IMG/VR virus record: IMGVR_UViG_3300012041_000021
DNA length: 64,000 nt
Origin: an uncultured virus (IMG/VR IMGVR_UViG_3300012041_000021)
Taxonomy: Duplodnaviria; Heunggongvirae; Uroviricota; Caudoviricetes
Reading direction: 5' to 3' (one strand)
Shown here piece by piece: positions 29,438-44,332 of the stretch (position 1 is the stretch's first letter; each line of letters opens with the position of its first letter). Position numbers and translations under genes: made by a program. A model generated the notes under the pieces. The model was not told where the DNA came from and ran no database searches. It saw nothing but the letters and a program-made list of their open reading frames with translations.

Positions 29438-32400
29438 TAGTATGAAAGTAAGAGTTGACAAAGTAATCTTTGTATTGATGATAGGTGCATTAATAGTGGC
29501 TATCATTTTAGAAAAACATTGTAGTAATTTAAACGGTTTTTAGTTATGGACAGAGACAATATAGTTTTTCAGGACTGCGATACCTTAAAAGATATTGCGG
29601 AAAAAACAGCGTTAATTTACGCGGGGTCTAGTGAGTTAGAAAAAGAAATGCTTAAACTAGGGGTAAAATATACCAAAGTTTGTAAGGGTGCAAATACTTA
29701 CTACGTATTAAGACATTCAGAGTTTGGAGTAACCAAAGTAAAATTATAAGGTATGGAAACAGTTTACGAAAATACTTGGTGTAAAATAGTCTCTAGGGGC
29801 GGGTATTATGTGTTAATAAGTAAGTCCGGTAAATATAACGACCAATATTTTAACACGTTGGACAGTGCAAAAAAATATATCGGGGTAAAGTAGGACAAAC
29901 AAAAAATAATCATTAAATTTACAGTCTAAAAATATATATCATGGAAAATATAAAAGCTACAATAGAGCGTGCAAAAGTACAGTTAAATAAATGCATGGAA
30001 TCAGGTGCTTATGAAGCAGCCGCAATTATAACAGCTCAAGAGTTAGGACTAAAAATGACCGTTAAGGGGGTTGAATACGGTTATCATTTTGCGGACGACA
30101 ATCACAAACGATATATCTTTAAACTGAACTTAAAAAAGGACGGTCAAAGTTTTACCTTTAAGTTCGGGCAAAGTATTATTAGTGGTAGTAATGAACCTAC
30201 AATGTACGACGTATTAACTTGCCTTCAAAAGTATGATGTTGGAGATTATGCGGACTTCTTAAACACTTTCGGTTACGAGTATTCAAAAGAATCTAAGAAG
30301 ATTTACAAAGCAGTTTGTAAAGAGTTTGAAGCGATGCAACGACTGTTTACACCGGAAGAGTTAGAACTGTTACAAGAAATTCAGTAACAGTGTGAACCTT
30401 ATAATTAAACGCCAACGGTTTAATGCATACCACGAAATTAACGTGGTATGTAATGAATCGGGGAAGGAATTAACTAGGGAATCCAACGTAGTTAAGAGCG
30501 TAAAATATGGAAGTAAACAGATAATGTATAAGGGTAAATTGTGTAACGTCGTGAAGTGGGAACGACTTGATAAAGAATAGTGTTATGAACACATCAGAAA
30601 ATAATAAACTAATAGCTGAATTTTTAGGTTATAAGTATGAAACGACAAAATTTACAAAGGGTGTTAATAGAACATTAGTAAAATTATATAATCCTAATAC
30701 ACCTACCGGATTACCACTGTTAAAAATATATGAAGAAAATTCTATTAAGTTTCACAAAGATTGGAATTGGTTAATGTTAGCAGTGCAACAAATAGAAGGT
30801 ATCGAAATAGTGATGGGGGACAGGGACAATTTTAGACACTTTCAAAAAGTTTTAGCCCACCCTATATACACACCACTAGAGAAAATCTATAAAGAGATAG
30901 TATTATTTATTGAGTGGTATAATAAAGAATGTAATCTTTAAAAGTAAATTTATGTATAGTATAGAAGGTGTAACGTTGCACGATGATGTGTATGTTATGG
31001 CAATAGTTGATAAGAGTAAAGAGGTAGTTCATATTTTAACAGGTAGGGATATGCTCTATATTCGTAATCAAGGGTACAGTGCTTTTAAGGGTACAGTGCC
31101 GGAAGAAACAATAAAAGAAGTATTAATATCTAATAACGTGGAGTTATGGAAACAGTAGTTTACACATTACCGTCTTATTATGCTTGTGCATTTTATTACG
31201 GGGACTATTCAGGTCTTGAAGAGCAGGACATTGAAGAGGTTGAACAGTTCATAAAAGAAAAGCTAGAAATTTACGCAGTGTTCAACTGTGTAGGAGTGAG
31301 CGAAGAGACAGAGTTTCTACATAGAAACGACATGAATAATTTAGGCGCGGACTGTTTAGAATATACCTTTGTAATCAATTAAAAGTTATGAGACAGTTAA
31401 CAGTAACAGTGGAAACCTTTAACAGTATGTTACTAGGTTTAATTCAATCGGGTGTAACCTTTGAAGCGGAGGAAACTAAACACGAAATAGTAATTACCTT
31501 TCTAGGAGGGTATTAATATGTAGAGTTATGACTACAACAGAAAAAAAAGTCTTCTTAGTACTGAACAGTAAAAGAAGTATTGAAGTGTTCAACCTAATAA
31601 CTAGCTTAACAGATAGTGAAGTTGATGAAGAGTTTAAACGTCTAATAAAATACGGTTATGAGTAGAATGTTTACAGAAGAAGAAGTAATATCCTTTGTTA
31701 ATACATTAGGAGATAACAGGACATTAGACGATTCTGATAAAAATAATATTGGTTGGATTAATGTCTTCCGTAATCCTAAAGGGGAGGATTTTAAAACTAC
31801 TAAGCAATTATTAATGGATTGGATAGAGGGTAAAGAAATTTAAAATATTATAGTTATGAGTAGAAGCAGTGAAGACAGTGAAGATTTAAAAGCATTGTAT
31901 CTAGTGGTTTTAATCCTTATCTTTGGAGTGTGTTGTTTTAAGTGGGGTTCTTATCTAGGCGCGGAAGAGGTTAAACAACAACAGTTGATTGTACTTCCTA
32001 CACCATATAAGCAAAGCATTGAAGCCATTGAAGATAGAGCAAAGCAAGTCTTTGATGAAGGTGTAACAGTTGAAGAACAGCTACGCCTTGAGTATATTGT
32101 TTGGGGGGAAGCACAGCAATAAAGAGTTAATTTAGTTTGGTTAATAGCCTGCTCACTTTATACTATATCCATAAGTAGTGTAAGGGTGTAACTTCAAAGT
32201 AAGGTAGGCACAAAAAATAGAAATATGAAACAGTATAAAGCATTAATGAACCCAAACAAAGTAAAGAATGAATTTCTTTTAGGGTTAATTCTTATGTTAG
32301 CACCGGAAAAAGCGGACTACAACGAGAAGAGTTTTAACAGTAAGTTTAGAGGGTTCGGTAATACTTCTGAATTAATAGGTATAACGGACGTACAGAAAGA

Positions 32401-35400
32401 ACTTATTGATAAAGTAAAACATATCTTATTTTATAGAGGTGGTATGTACGACGTAGTTAATATGTTACATTCTTTCTCTAGGGGTACAAAGAGACTAAGA
32501 ACTAATAATAATAACGAGCGGGCACATGAAGACCAATACATTTTTACTTGTAAAGATGGTAATCCTAAGTTAAGTCATTACGGTAATTTACCCAATGCTC
32601 ACTTCCGTTGGAATAGTGGGGAACGTTATACCTTATCAAGTGAGGATTTAAAGAGAATTGAATTGTATATTAGACCGCTAATAAAAAGTCTATAATTTTA
32701 GTTGGTAGTGTGAATATTAATAGTTACCTTTGGAGGGACTTAAAAAAATAACAGTTATGGAAAGTATATTAAATCTAACCGTTACAAGTGCGGGAGAGTT
32801 CTTAAAGAATAGACCTTCCTTAGATATTGCGGTAATCACTAGCGAACACAGTAAATTATGTATAGCCTTTGAACGTCCGGTAAACGATATAGAATTGGAC
32901 AGAGAACAGATAAAAGAATTGATTAAAACCTTAACAAATATCCTTTAGTTATGTACATAGAATTTAACATTTCATTGAACGGAAAACACTTATTTGCTAC
33001 ACATGAAAGAAGTTGTAGAGACAGTGATAAAGCTAACACACTAAAAGAAATATTGGTAGTGAAGTTTCCCGAATCAGAAGGTTATAAAGTTTCGGCTTTT
33101 ATGAACCCTGAAAGAAGTTACGGTCTTAGCGTAAGTAAAGACATGAAAGAAGAAGTTAACAAAGTGTATAACGAAATAAGAGACTAGAGTTATGAAAATG
33201 TTAGACAAACATAAGTCGAAGTTACATAAAGGTTTTTTAAAACAAGTTAAAAGACAAGATTTAAAGCCCGAAACTGTAAAGATTATAGTAATACCTATCC
33301 TCTTAACTTACAGTTACAAACATAGTGAGTATAGACCGTTAAAACGTAAGTTTCATAATAACAAGTGGAACGGTATGAACTTAAAAAATTTATATAATCG
33401 TTTTACTCCTACGGAGGTTGGTTGTATGTATTCTAAAAGGAGTATAAACAAAGAAGGTAAATATATCCTTTCCTTTCACGGTAAAAGTGTATTAAAGAAA
33501 AAAAGACTACTTAAAAACATTTAGAGTTATGGACAAATATGTTATTACAGATTGGGCGGGTAATCGTTTATTTCCCAATATTGAGTTCACGGATTTTGAC
33601 GAAGCGTGGTTGTTCATATATGAAAACGTAGAAGAAGAGACAGAAGACGACGGAACGTATGACGATTATTATGTAATCCTAATAAATTAAAGTTATGGAA
33701 ACTTGGGCATTAGTAGAAAATACCCTGTATGGGTACAGAAAGGCGGAGATATTTAAAAGTATTATTTCCGGTAGAATTAAAATAAAGTTCTACACTTTGA
33801 AAGGTAGTTACCTTTGCACTAATTATTATAAATCAATACCTGCTTACGTTAAAGCAGTGGGTATCTAAAAATAACCAATATGGACATCACACAAATTAAA
33901 GAAGGGTACAAAGATTTAACCTTCACACTGACCGAAAGATTTACTAACGCAGTAGATACGTATAACTTAATGTTGAAGTTGAACACAGAACAGGAAACTA
34001 GCGGGGAATATGACCTGTTAATGCACAAAGTAGACGAGGAAGTTAAACAACATAACTTACACGTTGAATTATATCCTAAATTCTTTGTAGGACATGAAGA
34101 CATTATCTTTGAATTAGTAGTAATGATTCAAATGAATACAGATTGTACTTTGGACAATAAAGACCTAGTTAAAGAGTTTGTTTTGGGTAGTGTGTTGAAA
34201 GCTATCAAAGAACATTTTAACTTCTATTACCGGAATCACTCTTCCAATATAGAAGTAGTTAAACATTACTTTAAAAATTATTAGTAGTATGAGAAAGATT
34301 ACACAGTTATCAGTTAACGCATTTTTGAATGACGCACCAATTAGACAGGCAAATATGAGTGTTAAGATTGAAGACAATGAAACTAACTTATACCTTCACG
34401 GTAATAAGATAGCTATTAAGTTTAACACAGGGACAATCTACATAAGTCATGCAGGTTATCCAACTAGAACTACCTTTGAAAGGTTAAACGGTATTCCTAA
34501 TGTAAGGGTAAACGTTAAGCGTGGAGTTGTTTACCTTAATGGTAATGAGTGGGACGGAAAATGGATTCAAATAAATTAGAGTTATGAATTTAGGACATAA
34601 TGAAATTGCTTCCTTAGAATGTGAGGGAAACAGTTGGATAGTTACTTTCAGAACAATGGAGGGAACAATAGAAGCTGTGTTTAGTAACGAGACAGATGCA
34701 ACAGATTATTATAATAAGTTAAATTAGTGTAGTTATGAGAAAGTATGTAGTATTTATCTATTCAGATAATAGTAATGAGTTAGTATATGACTTGTTTAAT
34801 AGACAGTATGATTCGTTAGCGGGTTTGCGGTCTTCTCTTCCCCCGAATTGCCTAGTGTATAGTCTAAGTGAGTATGTGTATATGTGTAACTACAATACAG
34901 ATGATTTAGCCTGTATAATGCGGAGTAATTATGTAACATTTGTTGACGTTAAAGAGTAGTATTATGAAAGGAAAGTTAATACAGTTGTGTGATTCTTTAT
35001 CGGAAGAACCGGAAGGAATAATTTATTGTGAAGATGAAAATGTTGATACCAACATTATAGGTTTTCATTGGGTAAAGTTTTGCGAAAGTAATTTACCTAT
35101 GATAGGTTTATTTCTCTTCTACCTTAGAGATAAAGTAGATGTAGAATTTACTCAAGTACACTTAGAAGAAATTTATAACTAAATCTTAAAGATATGAAAA
35201 TCACTTTGAATAAAGAAGAAATACAAACTGTCTTGGAGGACGCTTTGTGTAATGGCGGGTTATCTTGCTTAGGAGATAGCGGAATTGAGTTAGATTATAA
35301 GAAGACAGATTACATAGAACACAAAGAAACAGGAGACTGTTACGAGACTGTTTTAATGAAGATGTTAAACAATGGTAAAGCACTATCTTTTATAGACGAA

Positions 35401-36385
35401 GAGTGCGACGGAGAATATTCAGTAGACTTGACTTTAAAGTTAGCCACTGAAAGACTGACCGACATTACAGACAAACACTTGTCAGATACAGTTAAAAGAA
35501 TGTTGGACGAGGAAAGTGATGCGGAAGATGGGTATGTTTTAATTCAGTTCATTTTGTATAACGAAGTAATTTTTGGATAATATGGTAAAAGTATATTTTG
35601 AAAGAGGTACACATTCAGAATTAGTAGCTACCTTTGTATGTGAAGAGATTTATTTAGCTTGTCTTCCCGCACTAAAAAGACGAGCTAAAAAAGAAGGGTT
35701 TGATACAGTAACAGAAATTGTAGAATAGTATGAAAGATAAAAAAGCAGTTTATGGGTTGGGAAGTAGTAGAATGTAATGGGGTTTCTTACGTAGATACAC
35801 AACCGGACAACATAAACGCACCAATGTTAATGATTGACCAACTGTTTGAAGATTGGAATATCTTACACAGAATAACTAGGGAGATTAGTTCTTTGTGGAC
35901 TTTAGATACTAACAATAAGTGGGAAGAAGCTCTAAGAAAAGTAGTTGACCTACATATCGGGGAAAGTAAGTACAGAGTGTACGGTGAAATAGTTGAATTT
36001 ATTAATTGGTATAACTTAAATAAATAGTTATGTTAGAGACTAACAAAATAATAGCGGAGTTCTACAACGGAGAAGAAGCTAATTATTACAACTTCCCACA
36101 GTTTGGTTATATAACTGCAAGCGGGGAGTGGAAGACAGAGTTTTTTCACAACGACTTAAAGTTTCACAAAGATTGGAATTGGTTAATGAGTGTAGTTCAG
36201 AAGATAAACACAATAGACGATTATAGATTTACGGTTGAAATTAATTCAATGGATACTAACATACACGATTTAAAAAACGGAGGGTTTGTATTTCAATCAG
36301 AGTGTAAGTGGCAACCGGACGAACTTATTAATTCAGTTTACGAAGCAGTAGTACAATTTATCAATTATTATAAAAAACAGTAATC

Positions 36386-36790
36386 ATGACAGATTCAAGA
36401 AAAGAATTAATAGAGAATTTCTTAAGAGGATTAAGAACAGAAGTTGACGTGTTAAATCATGTAGACATTGAAGACATTGAAATTGAATACGCTTATTCGT
36501 CAATTTACGACATGATTGAGAACGGTGGAGGTTTTGACATTGACATTACCTATTACAGTGAAGCTATGAAGTACTTAACGGACAACGATACAAGTCTAAG
36601 TGAGTCTTTAAGATTAGCTTCTGAAATGGGTTATGAAGTGGATAGCTTAAGCAGTGAAGTTCTTGCTTCCTTATTAGCTTCTCACTTATCAAGAGACGAG
36701 TTTCAAGAATTACAAAGTGAGATTGACGATTTCTTTGAAGACTTAGTAGACGAGGATGAAGACGAAGAAGAGGACGAAGACGAGGAATAG
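36386..36790 (+). CDS. Highly acidic protein, possible Ocr-like DNA mimic
   Basis: Very D/E-rich with poly-acidic tail; ITYYSEAMKYL motif; early-region location. Confidence 0.4.
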   Translation: MTDSRKELIENFLRGLRTEVDVLNHVDIEDIEIEYAYSSIYDMIENGGGFDIDITYYSEAMKYLTDNDTSLSESLRLASEMGYEVDSLSSEVLASLLASHLSRDEFQELQSEIDDFFEDLVDEDEDEEEDEDEE

Positions 36791-39415
36791 TTATGAGAAA
36801 AGTAGGAAGTAAAGACGGTTTTGAAGTGTGGTTTAACACTACTGACCAAACGTATAGCGTGTACCACTACTTACAATTTGTTAGGGGCGGTATTTATAAT
36901 TTCACAGATGTAAAATCTTATTTAGAATAGTTATGAAAAACAAACAAAAACCGTTTAAAGACATGGTTATCTTTAAGAAACTGAATAGAGACTGTGAATT
37001 TATTTCTAGTCTTTATCCGGCTCTTAGTCCTAACGAAACATTCTACGGAGACGATATGACTTTATCAGATGTTATGTACCCGCATTTAAGCGAAGAAGAG
37101 AAGGGAGATTTAACTGAATTACTAACTAAATTGGAAGAAATGGCGGATAACGTTATCCACCGAATAGAAAAAGAAAGCAAGAAGTACATTTAAAGACGTT
37201 CTAAGAGACCTTCTTGTTAAAGGGAAGGTCTTATATCAACCACTAAAAAATAATCGTTTAAATCAAGTATTATGAAATATGTAACTTACCATATAAAAGG
37301 TTTAGGTGGAGTAACACCAATAGCTGTAAAACTGACAACTAATCAATATTTTGTAGGTTTGGATATTTTTTACGATGCTATAAGTTTAGCAGGTATTCAA
37401 AATGTAAGGATAAATACTAGTGGGAGGATTAGAAAAGATGCTGTTATAATTGATGTCTTACAACACTATAAATATGATTTTAACGAGTTAGAAAAACAAT
37501 ATTACGATAAATGTTACAACCCTAAAAATTTTTAAATCAAGTATTATGCAACCAACAGTTTATGTAGTAGATACACATGATGTATTGAATAAGTCTCACG
37601 CAGATTTGACAGATAAAGAATTTATTACTTTGTCAAAAAATTCAAATATGGATTATACCTTACAGGGTTTTCAATCAGCTTTTAATCTAGGGGAGTTTGA
37701 CGAACCTCACTTTGTTATCCGTTTCCTTAACAGTTAAATCAAATATTATGATGACAGTATACGAATTAAATTCAGACGAGTTAGAAGAGCTTAGAGAAGC
37801 TTATTTCTACCAATTGCAAGATTTAGGGGAGGAAGATTTTGAAAGTCCTTTTGAAATTCCAATGGATAATACAATCGCTCACTATGAAGGAATAACCTTT
37901 GTAAAAGAAGACTTCTTCTGTAACCTTTAATAATTAATATAATGAAAGGATTGAAATTCACTATCTTAGTGTTAGCACTCTTCACAGTATTAGCACTAAG
38001 CTATGTGTATGTTGAACTACGTGCCGGAGTAGAAATGTTTAACGGTATTTCGCCGGAGGAAAAGCAAAAGATTAATAACTTATTTAATTAAGATATGAAA
38101 AAGAAAACAGATTACTCAATAACAGTGAACACTTCTTACACAAACAGAAGACATTTCATTACTCAAAGAGAGTGTGCCGATTGGTTAGGAATTAAAAATA
38201 GCTCAAAGAAAGCTATTGAAAGTAGATGCAGACAGTATAGTATGACAGTAGAATTTGATAAATAAGAAAGTATGAACACAGTATTAGTAGACATTGACGA
38301 GAAAGATATTAGCAATTTTGCATTATCAACAATAATAGATTTAAAAACCTTAAACGAAGAAGGACACTCACAAGTATTTAAAACTTATCCTTTCACATTG
38401 TACCGGAATAGAATGATGTATGATAAGATGATAACCATGCAAATACCCGTTGAGAACTATTGTTTATATTTAGCTTACGGTTTGGTAGAATCATTCTAAA
38501 TAACACTAGAAATTAGGAAGTTACAAATATTAATATTACTTTTACAAAGAATTTAAAAACAGTTAGACGCTTCTGAATACAAAAAGGCGTGAATATTATG
38601 AGAACAATTAGAACAAAGGTTTATTCATTTGACGAGTTGAGTGAAACAGCAAAAGAAGTTGCTATTGAAGAAAGAAGAAATGCTTATTATGAAGACAACG
38701 ACTTCGCATTATTTGCAGTAGACGACGACAATTTATTTGAACCGAACCACCACGAACTTATGGAAGTGTTTGGAGAATATCCTCCAACACTGACAGAAAA
38801 CTTAAGAAAGAAAATGCACTTTAGTGTAGACCAAAACTACTTCTTAGATTGTGAGAACGCTCTGTACATACCAAATAACGACAAGTTCTTACAGTGGTTA
38901 GGTATTAAAGACAAAGAATTAAGAGACCAAATATACTTCACTATCTACACTCCTACCGGAAGAGATAATAGTACTGCAATAAACTTTAGTTGGGATTCGG
39001 AGGAAGAGGAAACAGAAGAGTATTTTACAGCAGTTGACCAAGCTACTGAAAAGTTTAATGATTACATTGATAGTATCATTGACAGAATCAGAAAGAGTAT
39101 TGATTATTACTTTTCAGATGAAGCTATCACAGAAGACCTATTGAACAGCGAAGATGAATTTCTTTCTAACGGTAAAAGATATTAAGCTATGAAAACACTA
39201 TATTACACGATATACCCTGAAAACGGTTATAAGTTAATCAGTCTTTATGACATTGTAGATAACAAGCCTGTCTTAATAACGGAGATTGAGGGAGACGAAT
39301 ATGGGAGTAGTCAAGAAGAATTAGAGTTATACGTTGAACACGAATTGTGGGAGAACGAGAATGATTTTGAAGAAGGTACAACATTTACATTTGAATTATT
39401 ATAAAACTTAAAACT

Positions 39416-39811
39416 ATGAAAAAATATCTTTCAATCTTAGCAGTTACCGCATCGGTAATGTTAACATCATGCAGTCCTGAACTTGCACCAACAACAGAAC
39501 CAATTACTCTTACACATGACATTAAGTTCGAGTGGGACAGTAATCAGGTAGACCCTTACGTGGTATTCACAGTTATACCGATTGACCCCACAAAGCCTGT
39601 ATACGTCTTAGAGACTAGGGAAAAGTATTTCTACTATCACTTTGAAAGTGGAGACAGGTTTACAATTGACATCAGTAATAACGGAACAGCACCTTCGCCG
39701 GAGTGTTGGTTATACATAGCCAATGGAAGCGGAATATTATTAGATGAAGAGTTCTTATCAAATGGAGTGTTTTACAGTAGTTTTATTAACGGAGTTGGAG
39801 GAATAGGTTAG
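39416..39811 (+). CDS. Lipoprotein
   Basis: MKKYLSILAVTASVMLTSC lipobox. Confidence 0.7.
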   Translation: MKKYLSILAVTASVMLTSCSPELAPTTEPITLTHDIKFEWDSNQVDPYVVFTVIPIDPTKPVYVLETREKYFYYHFESGDRFTIDISNNGTAPSPECWLYIANGSGILLDEEFLSNGVFYSSFINGVGGIG

Positions 39812-42800
39812 GATTATGGAAGAGACAAATAGATTAATAGATACCTTCATGGGAAGTGATGGTAAGTATATTTCTCACAAAGACCAATGGGGCGGAGAAG
39901 TTTGGGGAAGTCATGAGCCTAATCCTTATCATTGGGATTGGAATTTGTTGATGGAAGTAGTTGATTATGTTGATTCTATGCTTACAGATGATACATTTGT
40001 CGTTATAGAATACAATAGATGTTGGATTAACGTATTAGAAGGAGGCTTTGACATTGACGTAATAAATAACAGTAGAAAGCAAGCGGTTTATCTAGCAGTA
40101 GTACAGTATATAGAGTGGTACAACACTAAAAATTAAATTTAAAACGGAGCGCATGAAAGATTATAATATACCAATCATTTATCAGTCTTGTAAAAACTTC
40201 CACGTAGAAGCAGAGAACTTACAAGAAGCGGTTGAAAAAGCATTAAAACAGTTCTTCTCCGAACCGGACGAAATGTACATCGAAGACAGTTTTGAAATAG
40301 ACGGGATTGTTTTAGAAGATGGGGAAGATTTTGATATGGATAAATTGTTAAAAAACTAAGATTATGAAAACTATTAAAACATACCTTCCGGTCTTCTCCG
40401 GTTTTTACGGGACATTATTTGAAGAGGTTATCGACAGTGAAATTGATTATATCTTAGAAGGAGACGAAAGTTTCACTATGGACAACATTGAGTTTGACTT
40501 TAAACAGTTCAGAGAAGACATTGCTCAAAGATGTGTGGATATATTTGAAGATGCTCTCAACAGAGAGTTAGGTACAAAGGTTGCCGTTATCTTTGAATCA
40601 ATTTGCTCTCCTAGACAATACAACTTTGGAAATGATAGTATAGACGTAGCTATGATTATAAGTGAAGAAGATTTTAATTGGATTTTAAACGTTATTAAAA
40701 CAAACGCAGAAGAAATACAAGAAGAACTAGTAGAAAGATATTCAAGTAGAGACGGTTTTTATTCTCATCACTCAACAGACTTAAATGATTGGTTAGTGGA
40801 TTTAGAAAATGCTCATAAATTCGGAGCAATGCTAGACATTCTTTGCAATGTTTTAGATATTGTAGACGAAGAAGAAATGGTTGACCGAGTTCGCGGAAAT
40901 GTAAGTTTAGATTACGAAATCTTATAATATGTTGTATCACAGAGATTTAGGCTTTCCCTCTACCCTAGTGGTGGAGGAAGCTTATACCTTCTACCCTAGA
41001 TATTCAGCTCATGCGGAGAAGGAATCTAAGAGCGATAGGTACGGAGAAATTAAACTACCTAAAAGAATTGACTTCTTAAGTAGTGATATTGTAGAGATTG
41101 AGACTTCTGACGATAAGACTATTGATAAGATGGTTGTCAGACTGTCTTACAACGGAACTTTAGACTTGTGTTCAGTGATTATACCGGAAACAAGTGTAGT
41201 GAAGACCGTATGGATTAATGCTAAAAAAGATAAACATCCAACTTTGGATAAAAGTAAATACTCAAATTAAAGATTATGGAATTAGTAGAAAAATATAGAT
41301 TAGCTTTATTACAGCTACAACAGTACAGTGATAACGAATTGATTATTCAAGAAGGGAAAAAATTAAATGTTCAGGACGAGTTGGATATTATTAACCCCCC
41401 TAAAGAGAAATTCGTTTGGAGTTATTCAGTAAGTTCTAACTCTATTTGGGCTTCGTTTGATTGCGGAGAAGTAGAAGCAGAAACTTATGAAGAGGCTTTG
41501 GAATTAGCTAACTTAAAACTAAGTAAGGAATTTGAAAACGCTAACATGATATTAGGCTCTTCATTCTTAACTGACCACATGACTTTAGACTACTGTAAAG
41601 ACTCGATAGAAATATCTATAAACAAGTAACATGAAAGAAGAACTTGAAGAAAACTTAAGAGACTGCTACGTCTTAATAGATGATTGGGAGTTACTTAAAG
41701 ACCTTTCACACATGGAAAGGCAACGATTAGATGTAGAGTTAAAACTATTACAAATGAGAGCTATACAGGCTTACAAAAAAGAGGTAGATAAAATCAAAAT
41801 TTAAAAGATATGGCAAGAACAGTTGAAGAATGTGAGGAAATTATAGATTTTCTTTATAAGAAAATCGGAATACTAGAACAAATAGACGAAGTTAAAGATG
41901 AAACTATAGCAATACTTAAAAAGATTGTCGAAGTAAACGAGGAACTTTTAAGAATAAATAGAATAATAAACGCAAAAGAAAACGGAGAATATGAAAAATA
42001 GATTAAACAACCACACAAACAATGTTTTCACTCTGTTCGACGCTTGGGGAATGTTGGAAGGATTGACTCAATATGAAAGAGAAAGAGTCTTATATGAACT
42101 GAAAAGTTTACAGACAGAAGCAATAGACATCTTCAAAGAAGAAATATGGAAGCTCTAGTAATCATTACGTTCATATTGATTGTAGCAGTAATACCTGCAT
42201 ACATCACATACAGATTAGTTAAACAGTCAATTAATAATTGGCATAAATAAAGTAAACTATGAAAAAATATCCATTCATTATCACAGTAAGAGAAGGTTAT
42301 GAAGTCGAAGTAGTAGCCTTTGAAGAAGAGATAAATGCTCATTTAGCATTTGAAGAATTTAAGAAGACCGGACAGTTCGACCTTTGCCTAATGAAACGAC
42401 AAATGGATGGAGATTATGAAGCATTGGAGACTTATATCAGTAAAAAACAACACGACAATTAGTACTATGATTATATATTTAGGAATAGCAGTTTTTTCAA
42501 TTTACATTATTTGCAACGATAAGAGATAACAATATGAAACATCCAATGGGAACAGTGGCTCACGTAAGTCATGGTAGTACAATAATGACAGAAGCGGAAA
42601 GAAGTGTACTGTCTAGTAATGAAGAAATGCCTATCGTACCATACGAACCGGAAGAAGAAAGAGCTTACACTATACACGATTTAGTCGGAGATGATAATGC
42701 TTTATTGTTTGAAGCCTTGTCTAAACGGTTCACTCCTCGCGGGAAAAGAGTACCAACAGAAGAAGAATACTTAGAATACGAATTAATCCTACAAAAGAAG

Positions 42801-43815
42801 TCTAAACTTTCAGCTAAAGAAAGAAAAAAACTTACAAATTTAATTGAAGAAGCACAATACGATGGAAAATAATCATTTTAATACCGGAGAACACATAGTT
42901 GCTCTTCAAACTTATGAAGAGCTAGTCAAAGGTGCAACATATACGGTTGCAGGTATAAGTTATTGCTCTCATTGTGGCTGTCAAAACGTAATCCTTGAAT
43001 TAATAGATAAAGGTTTTAACGCTATGGGTTGCACAGAGTGTGGTAAAACTTCGATGCATACAGTTAATGTTGGAGCGAGAAGATACAAATCTTCCCGATT
43101 TACTAGACTGACAGATGCGAAACAGTTGGAAGCTATATCAGTAGCTCTTGAAAATTATGAAGAAGCTGCTTATTACAGAGATTTACAAAACAAAGCGCAT
43201 GGTTAAGTTAAACAACGGAGTCTTCTCCTTCTTAAATAAACAAGGATTGACAATTCACGACATGAGGAGGATTATAGCGTTATACGCTTTGTCCATTGAT
43301 ATTAAAAGACCGAAGAAAGCCCGCTTAGAATGGTACGCTAAAATAACTGAACTAGCTCAAAATGATTTTACTAACTTCAAGAAAGTTTACAACAAAAATA
43401 AAGAGTTAAAGAAACAAGTCAGAACTTACGATGATTGGTATCAAGAGTGTTCTTTCGATGGTTCATTTGCTTACAACGGAGTAGCTGACGATTTTTGAAA
43501 AAATATTTGCGATATTGAAAATTAATTAGTACATTTACAAAAAAATAAAACACATGGGAGTAGAAAATTTTTACGAATTAGGTAAAGGAATAGGAGCTAT
43601 AGGAGTTTCTACAGTGAAGGGCACAGATGTAGTTCTTATTACCCTCTCAGACTTATTAGAGAAAACAGAAGTTGGAGTGGATTTACTAGGTAAAGACGTG
43701 GAAGAAGAGAATATAACAATTCTCTTCATACATAATCTTGAAGGATTAGCAGTATTAGAGGATGCGTGTAAAAACGCAAGAACAATTTTAGAAAGTAAAA
43801 AATAAAGAGAAGCGC

Positions 43816-44322
43816 ATGAAAAAATTATTAGTTTTAGTGTTGCTAATTACCGGAACGGTAGCGGTAGCACAACCCCACTTTGGGACTAAAGAATACTTCA
43901 CAGGTTCAGTATATGTTGACCCCGGAGGAAGTATTAAAGAGAAAGGTTTAGACTTTGGAGCAGACATTGGATTGGTCAGCTACGGAGGTTATGTAAAGGC
44001 GGGGTTTCAATCGTTTGACGCTCTTGAAGGAGGTTATTATGACATTGCCGGAGCAGGAGGATTGAACCTGACTTGGGGAACATTTGAAGAGTTCAGGACG
44101 TATGCAGGAATTAGATTAGGACTAATTAACAGAGGTTACAAAGATGGGGACTCTCACGTATATCCCCTCTTTGGAACTGAAGCCGGAGTAGATTACTTCC
44201 TCAACGAGAAGTTGTTTGTAGGCGCAGGATTGTCTTATGATTGGAGAGAAGATTTCTTATATTCAGGCGCAGAGCCGGAGTATCAGGGTAGTGGAAAAGT
44301 AAAAATTGGTATAACTTGGTAA
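43816..44322 (+). CDS. Small outer-membrane beta-barrel protein
   Basis: Sec signal peptide, alternating Gly/aromatic beta strands, C-terminal beta signal KVKIGITW. Confidence 0.75.
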   Translation: MKKLLVLVLLITGTVAVAQPHFGTKEYFTGSVYVDPGGSIKEKGLDFGADIGLVSYGGYVKAGFQSFDALEGGYYDIAGAGGLNLTWGTFEEFRTYAGIRLGLINRGYKDGDSHVYPLFGTEAGVDYFLNEKLFVGAGLSYDWREDFLYSGAEPEYQGSGKVKIGITW

Positions 44323-44332
44323 ATTAAAAAAC

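Larger units (their letters stand above)
27784..43805 (+). other. Early / host-takeover region: more than 50 small, mostly acidic hypothetical CDSs
   Basis: Dense co-oriented ORFs of roughly 35-200 aa, many preceded by (A/G)GTTATG or TATTATG; typical phage early-region layout. Confidence 0.75.
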
